Notes under the pieces: model-generated | Told to the model about the DNA's origin: nothing | The model's input: the letters and a program-made list of their open reading frames with translations, nothing else | The model's database searches: none | In this document: one piece after another, positions 27,422 through 35,697 of the stretch | Numbering within the stretch: the first letter of the stretch is position 1 | How the letters are laid out: every line of letters starts with the position of its first letter | Translations under genes and position numbers: made by a program | IMG/VR virus record: IMGVR_UViG_3300043394_000603 | Location: 1-45,536 of that record | DNA from: a virus | Taxonomy: Duplodnaviria > Caudoviricetes | Reading direction: 5' to 3' (one strand) | DNA: 45,536 nucleotides

Positions 27422-27978
27422 TATTGGGAAGAGGCTAGGGTTGGGTTATCTAGCTTCTGGAAGCCTACTACGCTTACTCCGTCTTTTTCGTGGGGTTTGT
27501 CTCCATAGGGGTGGTGGAGGTCGAAGCGTCCTTTGAGGGGTTTGCCGTATTTCTTGATGGCCTGTTTGTCCTGCATGGTTCGGTTATCCCAGACTCTTTC
27601 GAGTTGGGTTCCGTCTGACAGGGTGATCATTACCTTATCTTTGGGTTTGATGCCAGCTTCTCTGAATTGTTTTTCGATGTCGGGGCTTACAGCCATGCCG
27701 ATTTCGTTTATTTTGCCCCATGAGCCTATCCAGTTGCGGCTATTGGTGTCGGTGTAGGGGTCGCCTTTCCAGTTATAGCTGGTTATCTTACCCATAGGAG
27801 AAGATGATTCGGGGTTGGAGGGGGAGTTAGACCTGTCCTTACGAATGGTGATTGTTGCCACAGAATCGTCGCTAGGGGCGTTTTCGGGGAATGGAAGGGA
27901 CGGAGAGGCGGGTTGGGTTGGAAAAAGCCCTCCTAGAGCGTTTTGGAGCATGTTTATAGCGTTGTCGATTCTTCCCAT
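27421..27978 (-). CDS. 3D/RlpA-like double-psi beta-barrel protein (possible cell-wall glycosidase)
   Basis: ITSY...D...MAVSPD...VWDNRT...RFDL pattern after a disordered N-terminus. Confidence 0.55.
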   Translation of the reverse strand: MGRIDNAINMLQNALGGLFPTQPASPSLPFPENAPSDDSVATITIRKDRSNSPSNPESSSPMGKITSYNWKGDPYTDTNSRNWIGSWGKINEIGMAVSPDIEKQFREAGIKPKDKVMITLSDGTQLERVWDNRTMQDKQAIKKYGKPLKGRFDLHHPYGDKPHEKDGVSVVGFQKLDNPTLASSQ

Positions 27979-28079
27979 AGATTTTTAATATACAGATTAT
28001 TGGTTATTTTATTCAAGAACTATTGCGTAATTGCAGGATATTTGCCATCTTATGTTGCAAATTGCAACAGGTTTTACGT

Positions 28080-28343
28080 TTAAAAGGCTTCTGCCGCTTC
28101 TGTCAGGTTTTCATAATAAACCACAATCGCTTCTCTTGCCCATTGTTGGTCTAGGAACTCTATAGCGTCTGACTTGCTATTGAAGGAGATGGTGTTTTGT
28201 CCTCCCGCCCTGCCCTTTGTTCGGGTGGTGAAGTCATTCCAGTCCCCGCTTCCCTCTTCTTGGTATTGCGGGATAAAGAGGGGGTCTTTGTTCTCTTGGT
28301 ATTTCTTTACCACCCTATATGCTGTTCTGATTGATGTGTTCAT
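28080..28343 (-). CDS. hypothetical protein (paralog family)
   Basis: IRTAYRVVK...FIPQY...W..F. Confidence 0.7.
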   Translation of the reverse strand: MNTSIRTAYRVVKKYQENKDPLFIPQYQEEGSGDWNDFTTRTKGRAGGQNTISFNSKSDAIEFLDQQWAREAIVVYYENLTEAAEAF

Positions 28344-28355
28344 AATGATATACGC

Positions 28356-28628
28356 TTATCCAATTATAGAAGAAACCACGTCTTTTATGCGGGATAGAAG
28401 TGATTGGGGTTTTCTCTCATACCATTGCGGCCCCCTGTTGGTATATTCCATCGTCCCAATAAGCTTTAAAACGTGGATTTTCTTTTTTTCGATATATGCC
28501 AGTCGGTCTGCCTCCATTAAGGCACTTCCAAGGGTTTTGTGGCGTTTCTGTATCTTGCCGCTTTCGGCGTAAGGGTTAAAGCATACATACCAAAACTTCC
28601 TGTATTTAGATTTAATTATTGTTTTCAT
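28356..28628 (-). CDS. hypothetical protein
   Basis: KRHKTLGSALMEADRLA motif; preceded by TTGACA. Confidence 0.7.
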   Translation of the reverse strand: MKTIIKSKYRKFWYVCFNPYAESGKIQKRHKTLGSALMEADRLAYIEKKKIHVLKLIGTMEYTNRGPQWYERKPQSLLSRIKDVVSSIIG

Positions 28629-28675
28629 AATGTAATATTAGCTTTACGTTAAGCGGGGTTAGTGTCAATTAAACC

Positions 28676-28831
28676 TTACGTTTCCCATCCCTTGTATTTT
28701 TTGTATGTTGGTTGTGCTTCGGGGTTTTTCTTGGCTTTTCGGCGTTCTAGGCGGTTTTTCAGCTTCTTGAGTAGCTGATGATACCCACCCTTGCGCCTGC
28801 TGCTTCCGTCTGCCTGTTCTCCTAGTCCCAT
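28676..28831 (-). CDS. small basic protein (51 aa)
   Basis: MGLGEQADGSSRRKGGYHQLLKK...YKGWET*. Confidence 0.55.
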   Translation of the reverse strand: MGLGEQADGSSRRKGGYHQLLKKLKNRLERRKAKKNPEAQPTYKKYKGWET

Positions 28832-28833
28832 AA

Positions 28834-29067
28834 TTAAACCTCAGCCACTATTTCATCTTCGTGGGCCTCTTGATAGCGAATGAATGCAATGGCCCCGTCC
28901 ATGGTTGAATAAGAGGCCGCGACATATTCATTGGGTTTTCCCTTAACTGGAGCCTCAAAGCAGTGCCACTTCTGGGAGTCCTCGTCCCGATACTGGGGGA
29001 AGAAATGGTCGATTTTGTCTCTGGTTGCTTTCACAACTCTGTATCCTGTTCTGATTGTAGGTTTCAT
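28834..29067 (-). CDS. hypothetical protein (paralog family)
   Basis: IRTGYRVVK...FFPQY...W..F. Confidence 0.7.
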   Translation of the reverse strand: MKPTIRTGYRVVKATRDKIDHFFPQYRDEDSQKWHCFEAPVKGKPNEYVAASYSTMDGAIAFIRYQEAHEDEIVAEV

Positions 29068-29079
29068 AGCTTTATTAAA

Positions 29080-29283
29080 TCAGTCCATCCACGCATCGTC
29101 AACGTCTTCCCAATAACCAATTGCTCCGTCCTCATTCCAGTAAATGGTGTAAACTTTTTTCCAAGTCGCCACTTCCAACCAACGCCATTCTCCCCCAATA
29201 AGCTTAGGGATAAAGAGGAACCCTCTGACGATTCTTGTGTCACCACAACGGGGGTCATCTCCTTTTTGTTGTTTCCATCTCAT
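29080..29283 (-). CDS. Trp-rich hypothetical protein
   Basis: FLFIPK..GGEWRWLE motif. Confidence 0.65.
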   Translation of the reverse strand: MRWKQQKGDDPRCGDTRIVRGFLFIPKLIGGEWRWLEVATWKKVYTIYWNEDGAIGYWEDVDDAWMD

Positions 29284-29394
29284 TGTTATTTATCCTTAAT
29301 GAATTTTTGAGCCTCGTCTAGTGTGGTGTATTTTTCTTGGCTGTCGGAACCACATGGTTGCCGCGTGCTAAGTTGTCTGTTTCAGGTGTGTTGT

Positions 29395-29664
29395 TCATAG
29401 CTCAATACAGTTCGCCAGCCTCTTAGCTGTCTTAGCCGCTGATTCAACGCGAAACCTCAGAGATTGAAGTTCGTTTCCTAGTTTAGTGCCGCATTCAGCT
29501 TCGTCTTCGGGAAGTTCTTCTGTCTGTCCATCGACAATTACGGAATGCAAGCGATCAGACACTTTGTTCATTAAACAGCACAAGTCGTCGATAGCCCCCG
29601 ACAATAGTTTCATCTGTTCTGGAATTTCAGTAGCGCGTGTTGGTGTTAGTGTGTCTGTATTCAT
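29395..29664 (-). CDS. hypothetical helical protein
   Basis: 89-aa ORF with AC-rich leader. Confidence 0.65.
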   Translation of the reverse strand: MNTDTLTPTRATEIPEQMKLLSGAIDDLCCLMNKVSDRLHSVIVDGQTEELPEDEAECGTKLGNELQSLRFRVESAAKTAKRLANCIEL

Positions 29665-29770
29665 TATGTGTTGTTGTGGTTGGAGTTGATGTTAGAAAAT
29701 TTCAATACAAAGCGTTTGTTCAATTCTGTTAGTTACCTTTTTAGCTGGTTGTCCATCTCTGGTGTGTTGT

Positions 29771-30043
29771 TCATTTATCCCATCCTTTCTTTAAGTGGCC
29801 AAAATCCCGTGGCTCGGTAACTTCGGTCGTTTTCCCGCATATTCCACACTCATTTATGTGATAAGTTGCGCCATAGGGATTGCCCTCTGGACGATTGCCA
29901 TAGTTTTTGCCACAGGTGTTGCATATCCAATCTGGATATTTATTCCATTGGATAATGTCGTAATTTTTACGATATTTATGCCCATCAACTTTTCTGGGCC
30001 TATCGCCTTTTCCTGCTGGTGCTGATTTTCCGATTGTTGACAT
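29771..30043 (-). CDS. small zinc-finger protein
   Basis: AGKGDRPR N-terminus; CNTC...CGIC...EPRDFGHL; start at ATG 30043. Confidence 0.65.
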   Translation of the reverse strand: MSTIGKSAPAGKGDRPRKVDGHKYRKNYDIIQWNKYPDWICNTCGKNYGNRPEGNPYGATYHINECGICGKTTEVTEPRDFGHLKKGWDK

Positions 30044-30149
30044 AATAAAGTTGCGGCTGGGCAAGAAGTATAAACAAAACAGCGCAAAGGAACCACCCAA
30101 TTGACCTATTTTATTTTGCCCTCCTGTTTGTCCCAACCGCTAAAAGTAT

Positions 30150-30434
30150 TCATTGTTTTTTTTGTTCTTCAACTTCTTCTCTGATAAATTTTTCAAGCAT
30201 GGAAATTAGACCAAAACATGCAGAGCGGTAACTTGGATAGGATTGCTCAATGTGGTCAAGAATGTATCCGTGGTGTTCGATAACAAACGCTGGTTCATCT
30301 CCGTAAGACCACCTGACAGAAATGTTCCAGTGGCAATCCCTGTCTTTGTGATGGTCTGTTTTGATAATATCATACCATTCACATGTAAGCTTTGTGATCT
30401 GCTCTTGAAGCTCTTTGGTTGATGGTTCGTTCAT
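30150..30434 (-). CDS. hypothetical protein
   Basis: DHHKDRDCHW motif; follows an ECF-like promoter. Confidence 0.7.
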   Translation of the reverse strand: MNEPSTKELQEQITKLTCEWYDIIKTDHHKDRDCHWNISVRWSYGDEPAFVIEHHGYILDHIEQSYPSYRSACFGLISMLEKFIREEVEEQKKQ

Positions 30435-30440
30435 GTATGC

Positions 30441-30469
30441 TTAGACCAAGATGGCTGCGCCTCGTTCAA
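30441..30469 (-). promoter_or_regulatory. ECF-sigma-like promoter TTGAAC-N17-GTCTAA
   Basis: Exact spacing; ATG 30434 follows. Confidence 0.75.
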
Positions 30470-30476
30470 AAAAAGT

Positions 30477-30547
30477 TTGGCTCGGAGGGATTTGAACCCT
30501 CGCTGACGGAATCACAGTCCATTGTGCTGCCATTACACCACGAGCCA
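30477..30547 (-). tRNA. tRNA with GUG (His) anticodon and Gln-like body
   Basis: Acceptor TGGCTCG/CGAGCCA, D arm GTGT-AATGGCA-GCAC, anticodon arm ATGGA-CTGTGAT-TCCGT, T arm GAGGG-TTCAAAT-CCCTC; genomic G at -1; CCA not encoded. Confidence 0.9.
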
Positions 30548-30550
30548 CGT

Positions 30551-30811
30551 TTATTCAATGTTCCAAGTTGTGGTTGACACCGCATCTCCGCATTGTCCGC
30601 ACGGTTTGGAATAGCTGTAGTCATCTGCGGGGATTAAGTCAACAATCTGATCTATGTAAAATTCTCCGCGCCTGACTCCACCTTTAATTCTGTCCAAGAC
30701 ATGATCAAGAAATTCGTTTCGTGATGATTCGGGCATTTCCCAATATTCCACACCGTTAATAGTAAAGTTATTAAGAGTGCATCCCACGCTTTGAACGACT
30801 TTGTATTTCAT
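30551..30811 (-). CDS. hypothetical protein
   Basis: 86 aa, C-terminal CGQCG. Confidence 0.65.
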   Translation of the reverse strand: MKYKVVQSVGCTLNNFTINGVEYWEMPESSRNEFLDHVLDRIKGGVRRGEFYIDQIVDLIPADDYSYSKPCGQCGDAVSTTTWNIE

Positions 30812-31026
30812 TTTTTTATACCAAAAATTTCTTCAAAAATCGAAGTTGATGATGAACTGTATGTTGATTTTTGCATTTCTGACGCTGCGACATACCCGTC
30901 ATCGTGGCCCTTGCTATAAACGATGTCAAAGAACTTTTTAATGCTGGCTGTGGTAAAGTGGGGGTCTTCCAATAGCCTTGGATTTTTTTGCAGGAGATAA
31001 TTCCAGAAGTATTCTTTTTTGCTCAT
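30808..31026 (-). CDS. hypothetical protein
   Basis: Coupled ORF. Confidence 0.65.
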   Translation of the reverse strand: MSKKEYFWNYLLQKNPRLLEDPHFTTASIKKFFDIVYSKGHDDGYVAASEMQKSTYSSSSTSIFEEIFGIKK

Positions 31027-31029
31027 TTT

Positions 31030-31800
31030 TTATGCGGCTTTAAGTGTGTTTCTTTTGGGATAGGGCTTAATTAAGTGGGCTATAGCTTTTATGTGGCGTT
31101 TCTTTGCAAGCTTTCCACCCCTAAAGGCAAAGTAACGATGTTTTGAATATTGTTTTACCTTTTGTACATTGGGATAGCGAGCTTTAAGAACGTCAAAGCG
31201 AGTGCATCCAACTTTGCTACGCAGAGTTCGTGAGCCGTAAAGCTTGCCATCAATTAGCCATGCGTCTCGATGGGGGGCTTTTCTCATGGCTCCGACATAA
31301 TGAAAGCCACAAGCCTGATAGATTGTTCCGATTTCTCCAGCCGCAAAATCAGTAGTGGCCGTAACAACCTCGTACTTACTTGGCAACAAGTCCATAGACC
31401 TGCGAATAAGCTTGCTCCCTGCATGAGGATGAGCCCAGTGGACGCAAGCCCCGCGAGACAAAAGTATCATCTTGCCCTCAAAGCCGTAGCGAGACCAGTC
31501 GGCCCCACCCTTTAGTTTGCCGCTCCTAACTAAGTTTCCTGAGTTTTCTGAGTATTCGGGGCCATAGCAAACCACCCCACCACAATAACCATCAAAAAAT
31601 ATTCCATACATGTGCCACACTACCGCTGGCATACATCCAAGCCACTCGTATTCAAGAATAACGGACTCGCATGTTTTGCGGTCTATCTCTCGGACAACGG
31701 CTTTTTCAATAGAAAGGTCGATGGCTTCCCACCACTTGCCCAAAAGATCCCCTTCTTCATGGGCTTTTCTTTCACGAATAAGTCTTTGGTGAGCTTTCAT
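31030..31800 (-). CDS. Mom-like GNAT-fold DNA-modification (adenine acyl-transferase-like) protein
   Basis: LSRGAC...AGSKLI...TD...GEIGTIYQACGFHYVG...KHRY...PYPK motifs of the Mu Mom family. Confidence 0.75.
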   Translation of the reverse strand: MKAHQRLIRERKAHEEGDLLGKWWEAIDLSIEKAVVREIDRKTCESVILEYEWLGCMPAVVWHMYGIFFDGYCGGVVCYGPEYSENSGNLVRSGKLKGGADWSRYGFEGKMILLSRGACVHWAHPHAGSKLIRRSMDLLPSKYEVVTATTDFAAGEIGTIYQACGFHYVGAMRKAPHRDAWLIDGKLYGSRTLRSKVGCTRFDVLKARYPNVQKVKQYSKHRYFAFRGGKLAKKRHIKAIAHLIKPYPKRNTLKAA

Positions 31801-32255
31801 TTATTAACAACCTTGGTTGCCAGCGACAAAAGATCAACGGTGGGAACGATGGTCATTAGGTCTTGGCGTCCATCCCTTTGATAAAGTTTGTATGGTTGCG
31901 GGGCTTCGGTTGTTTCTCCCCATACCGCACCCTCAATAAATTTCACAAGATCATTCCTTTTTACCACCAGCCACCACTGTCTGGTTTCAAAAACGATAAA
32001 ATCCGCTTGTCCATAAAGCCATCCATTTTTGCCGAGAACGTTGCGTAGCTCTACATAGTGAAGACGGTCTGTTGGCGCGGGGTCGCTGCGACGATATCGC
32101 TTCATTATCTTTACGTCATAACGATTGCCGTCAGCGTCCATTACGTCCCAATGCTCGTTAATGTCCTGATCCTTGGTTGCAAAGACGGGGTTTGCCAGAA
32201 TTGACGCAAACCGCTGCTCGCCACTTTTGCCGTCTGCCATTGATTTTTCCCACAT
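31797..32255 (-). CDS. PD-(D/E)XK nuclease-like protein
   Basis: G..GE..F, HWDV...DVK, VELRNV.G..GWLYG.AD. Confidence 0.7.
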   Translation of the reverse strand: MWEKSMADGKSGEQRFASILANPVFATKDQDINEHWDVMDADGNRYDVKIMKRYRRSDPAPTDRLHYVELRNVLGKNGWLYGQADFIVFETRQWWLVVKRNDLVKFIEGAVWGETTEAPQPYKLYQRDGRQDLMTIVPTVDLLSLATKVVNK

Positions 32256-32263
32256 ATGGAGCG

Positions 32264-32292
32264 TTAGACAGCGATGATTTAAATTTGTTCAA
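32264..32292 (-). promoter_or_regulatory. ECF-sigma-like promoter TTGAAC-N17-GTCTAA
   Basis: Exact spacing; ATG 32255 follows. Confidence 0.75.
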
Positions 32293-32472
32293 TCAAAGAT
32301 CATTAAGAAGCCCTGCGTTAACAGCAAGCCACCGAATGGCTTTCAGGTCGTTACCGCAGTCTTTAGCGTGAATACAATTGTCGCTAACAATACCGAATTC
32401 CTGAAGAAGGTTCATTACGCCAGTTTCTTCATTTTCGCTGTTTTTAATCCACTCCTCAAGCTTGTTCGCCAT
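32293..32472 (-). CDS. hypothetical protein
   Basis: MANKLEEW...MNLLQEFGIVSDNC. Confidence 0.6.
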   Translation of the reverse strand: MANKLEEWIKNSENEETGVMNLLQEFGIVSDNCIHAKDCGNDLKAIRWLAVNAGLLNDL

Positions 32473-32674
32473 TGGGTCTTTGCTGTGTTGGGAAAAGTTC
32501 TGGCAATTCTTCTTTTTGGGCGTAGTCAATAAGCTTGTCCGCCACTTTTAATGATAAAATCGTAAGCGTGTCCAAGTTCCATCCCTTTTCTGGGTCTTGA
32601 GAAGAAAGAAGCCCACTTGCAATTTGTGATGCCAAAAAAAGCCTATTTTCTAATTCAGTGTTTTTTTTATTCAT
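32456..32674 (-). CDS. hypothetical protein
   Basis: ASQIASGLLS...ADKLI motif. Confidence 0.6.
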   Translation of the reverse strand: MNKKNTELENRLFLASQIASGLLSSQDPEKGWNLDTLTILSLKVADKLIDYAQKEELPELFPTQQRPNGEQA

Positions 32675-32782
32675 AATTTGTCGTTGGTTGTTTTTTTTAT
32701 TGTAAAAGTGATTTTATGCTAAAAATAATAATAAGCCAAACAAGGCAGGAAAATATTATAGCCGAAAAAATGCTTAATGCTC

Positions 32783-32932
32783 TCATTGTTTGTATGCAAT
32801 TATCAAAAATCCAATATTTGCTATACTGTAGCCTCCAAAGGCAATAGCCATGGGCGAGTTGCCCTTGATATAAAAATCAACTGCCGTGGCGATATAACAC
32901 GCTGTGCAGATGGCTATGCCGATGAAGCCCAT
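32783..32932 (-). CDS. small two-TM membrane protein (49 aa)
   Basis: MGFIGIAICTACYIATAVDF...MAIAFGGYSIANIGFLII. Confidence 0.6.
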   Translation of the reverse strand: MGFIGIAICTACYIATAVDFYIKGNSPMAIAFGGYSIANIGFLIIAYKQ

Positions 32933-32938
32933 CAGTTA

Positions 32939-33166
32939 CTACCAATCAGGATCTTCGTTGGTCTCCTGTTTTTTGTTCTTGGCAACATACGGAGGGCCAA
33001 ACTTCAGGCTCAGGTATTTTTGCCCCTTCTGGCTGGTTTGTGGCCAGATGGACACTTCATAATCCTTGCCGTCAATAGTAACGGGGCCGCTATATTTAGG
33101 GGCTTTAGGATTGTCGCTTTGGCGCGGAAATGCCGCTCCACTATTGTCTTTCTTTCCTTGGTTCAT
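32939..33166 (-). CDS. DUF736-like small putative ssDNA-binding protein
   Basis: NSGAAF...KAPKYSG...VSIW...KYLSL with acidic EDPDW tail. Confidence 0.7.
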   Translation of the reverse strand: MNQGKKDNSGAAFPRQSDNPKAPKYSGPVTIDGKDYEVSIWPQTSQKGQKYLSLKFGPPYVAKNKKQETNEDPDW

Positions 33167-33286
33167 TTATTTTTGTTCTTATTGAAGGCCGCTTTGTTAT
33201 TCTTACCGTTTCCAGCCTTCTTGAAAACGGCAAGGGTTTTCTTCTTGGGAGCAAACTCCTGAGTCGAAATTGTGTGGCAAATATTA

Positions 33287-33568
33287 TTACTGGCTTTTGT
33301 TTTCCTCAATTTGAGTCTTCAGCCAATTAACCATTTCCTCTACAGCTTTAAGCGTTATCAAAACATCCACAGATGCACCAACATCACCATCTGTAAAACC
33401 CTCGATTTTTGCATTAATCATAATAACGTTATCGGGGCCACTGTTTAGCAACACAAAACCATTTGCCAAAAAAGCACTGGCAACGCGCTCGGTTAAGTCA
33501 TTGTTAACCAGTTGTGTGGTTTCTTCTTTTTCCTTACTGGGCGTAAGATTAATTTCTGGGTATTCCAT
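33287..33568 (-). CDS. hypothetical protein
   Basis: 93-aa ORF in run. Confidence 0.65.
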   Translation of the reverse strand: MEYPEINLTPSKEKEETTQLVNNDLTERVASAFLANGFVLLNSGPDNVIMINAKIEGFTDGDVGASVDVLITLKAVEEMVNWLKTQIEENKSQ

Positions 33569-33590
33569 TGGTTTTATTCTTTTTTTTGTT

Positions 33591-33797
33591 TTAATGTGAA
33601 ATTTTTACAAATGTTTCTCCGCCAATGAACATGTGATCAAGAAGAATTGGCTCCTCTTCGTGACGCCAAAGAAACATGGCTATTCTGTCGTTATTGATCT
33701 TTTCTTTTGTTATGTACCCTTCGTGCTTGTCTTGAAAGTTTTTATACTCTGTCCATCCGCTGACGCGCTCAAAAAGTCTGTTAAAGCTATTGCTCAT
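33591..33797 (-). CDS. hypothetical protein
   Basis: Follows an ECF-like promoter. Confidence 0.65.
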   Translation of the reverse strand: MSNSFNRLFERVSGWTEYKNFQDKHEGYITKEKINNDRIAMFLWRHEEEPILLDHMFIGGETFVKISH

Positions 33798-33803
33798 GTA
33801 GGG

Positions 33804-33832
33804 TTAGACAGGTAATCTGCAAATTCGTTCAA
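33804..33832 (-). promoter_or_regulatory. ECF-sigma-like promoter TTGAAC-N17-GTCTAA
   Basis: Exact spacing; ATG 33797 follows. Confidence 0.75.
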
Positions 33833-33834
33833 TA

Positions 33835-34272
33835 TCAAGAAAAAATAATTTCCACGCCAGCCTCGTCAAGCATTTCTTTTGCGTTTTTGAAAGATTCTTT
33901 CCATCGCTCGCTTCCTTCGATATGGGCGTTTGCTGGGCAATAAATCTTGGCTATGCCAGACTGAATAATAGCGGCAGCGCATTGCGAACATGGTTGAAAG
34001 GGCCAAACAAAAAGAGAGTGACCAACAAGAGGTTCCTTTGCAGAAAGAATGGCATTGAGTTCGGCGTGGATTGTACGAAGCAGCTTCGTATCGCGATTGG
34101 CAATAAGATGCTGATCGTCATTAACCCCCCTTGGAAAACCATTGAATCCAACGCTTGAAATTGTACGATCTGAGCGCACAATTACAGCCCCAACTTTTGA
34201 TGTTGGGTCTTTGCTCCAACTCGCCACTTCTTTTGCGAGGCTAAGAAATCTCGCCGCCCACTTGGAATCCAT
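33835..34272 (-). CDS. dCMP deaminase (ComEB-like)
   Basis: SKDP..KVGA, GFNGFP, HAELNA, PCSQC. Confidence 0.92.
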   Translation of the reverse strand: MDSKWAARFLSLAKEVASWSKDPTSKVGAVIVRSDRTISSVGFNGFPRGVNDDQHLIANRDTKLLRTIHAELNAILSAKEPLVGHSLFVWPFQPCSQCAAAIIQSGIAKIYCPANAHIEGSERWKESFKNAKEMLDEAGVEIIFS

Positions 34273-34513
34273 TTTTTATTTTTTGCTCAACCATTGCCGC
34301 AATGGCGGCTTTGGTTTTCTTTTCGTAATCATCTTTCGCCCTCCACATTTTAAGTTCTGCAACTAAAATTTGCAAAACGTCTAGAGAAGACTGCCCATCG
34401 TAAATGGCCGCTTCTGTTAAACATTCTTTTATAACACTATATTCGGCGCAAAATGGACAGGGAATATGGCTGTCGTGATTTCCGTTGCTTCCGTTTAAAA
34501 GGTTATCAATCAT
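34241..34513 (-). CDS. hypothetical protein
   Basis: Overlapping ORF in run; CPFC. Confidence 0.55.
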   Translation of the reverse strand: MIDNLLNGSNGNHDSHIPCPFCAEYSVIKECLTEAAIYDGQSSLDVLQILVAELKMWRAKDDYEKKTKAAIAAMVEQKIKNGFQVGGEIS

Positions 34514-35099
34514 AAAAATGGTCTGTTAGTTTTTCAGGTGGAAAAAGCGCATCCGAAAGACTGATAAGCTTTGTTGGCATTGCCTTCCACACGTTGGGGT
34601 TTTTATAGCTTTTCTTGCACCATTTGCGGTTTTCAAGAGTCCAGTGGTATCCCAAGATATATGCGTTAGCCATCTGTGCATACTCTTTAATGTTAACGGG
34701 AAGTTTGTGTTTTTTGATCTTGGAGATGGATCGGCGTTCGCAATCCCACTCCAACTCAATAACAGAGTTAATAGCCTGAACCACTTTGCTTTTGTTGTAG
34801 TTTTTTCCCCCAAGCCAGAAATCCACGACGCCCACCCCTCTTTCGCACTCTTCCATCCATTCGGGCCTTTCAATCTCCTGATCAACGTGACAAGTTTCGT
34901 GAACAAAAACTCCAAGCCAAACATTAACGTCTCCTGCCGTAGCTATACGAAGCTCTTTATTGTCGGCCCATCCCGTGGACTCAACCTTTCCCTGAACCAG
35001 TTTTTCCAAGGGGTGGAAAGAGATTTTAATCTTTTTGTGATACTTTAGTATCGAGCGGCCAAGAAAGCTGGCGAATTTGTTTTTTTCTTCTTGGTTCAT
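34506..35099 (-). CDS. zincin-like metallopeptidase domain protein
   Basis: FVHETCHVDQ...LEWDCE (HExxH...E). Confidence 0.7.
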   Translation of the reverse strand: MNQEEKNKFASFLGRSILKYHKKIKISFHPLEKLVQGKVESTGWADNKELRIATAGDVNVWLGVFVHETCHVDQEIERPEWMEECERGVGVVDFWLGGKNYNKSKVVQAINSVIELEWDCERRSISKIKKHKLPVNIKEYAQMANAYILGYHWTLENRKWCKKSYKNPNVWKAMPTKLISLSDALFPPEKLTDHFYD

Positions 35100-35111
35100 G
35101 GTGTGTTTGGT

Positions 35112-35140
35112 TTAGACCAAGACTACGGCAATTCGTTCAA
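35112..35140 (-). promoter_or_regulatory. ECF-sigma-like promoter TTGAAC-N17-GTCTAA
   Basis: Exact spacing; ATG 35099 follows. Confidence 0.75.
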
Positions 35141-35283
35141 TCTTCTTCGGGCTCTTCGTCACCCTCAAAAATTCGACGGATAGGATTGTCTTGATAGCCA
35201 GCGGAGTCCTCTGGAAATTTCATCCGAAATCCAGTGTCATCGAATTTTGTATTCAGATCTTGATCGAACTCTATTTGATTCAC
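35137..35283 (-). CDS. small acidic protein (48 aa)
   Basis: GTG start, MNQIEFDQDL...FEGDEEPEED*. Confidence 0.5.
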   Translation of the reverse strand: MNQIEFDQDLNTKFDDTGFRMKFPEDSAGYQDNPIRRIFEGDEEPEED

Positions 35284-35292
35284 TCGTTTATA

Positions 35293-35697
35293 CTACCGCT
35301 CTCGCTTCCAAACTTCAATTATTGTTTTTTCTTTTTCGTTTTTTAAGGTTGTTCTTTGAGTTACCCTAAGGTCAATTTTTGCTTCCGTGTCTTCTTCAAT
35401 GGCCCCACAGTAGCGTAAAAAATCGACAAAAAATTTTGCACCTCCGTAGAGGTTGTCGGTGTCGAGCAGCTTTTTCCGCACGCTTTCAATGCTGACAAGC
35501 AAGCGGCCTGTATGGATTTTTTCTCCCGAAGCCTTTGAAAGTGGTTCATCCCAAAGAGGCGGTTTAGGCTTGGCAGTTTGTGTTCTACCTCCAGTCTTAG
35601 AACCAGTTTTTTTTCGCATGAACTTTTGCTGAATTGTGGTGATTCGTTCATAAACTCCTTTTCTTACCTCAACATAACCCTTGGGAATAGAATTCAT
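35293..35697 (-). CDS. RusA-like Holliday junction resolvase
   Basis: LLDTDNLYGGAKFFVDFL...IEED motif. Confidence 0.7.
   Translation of the reverse strand: MNSIPKGYVEVRKGVYERITTIQQKFMRKKTGSKTGGRTQTAKPKPPLWDEPLSKASGEKIHTGRLLVSIESVRKKLLDTDNLYGGAKFFVDFLRYCGAIEEDTEAKIDLRVTQRTTLKNEKEKTIIEVWKRER

Noticed and set aside
33163-33310. Lys/Asn-rich open frame ending at the ATGA of the DUF736-like gene, a possible frameshift extension of 33287..33568
   Set aside because: Only a weak TTG start and no clear slippery site; cannot be supported from sequence alone
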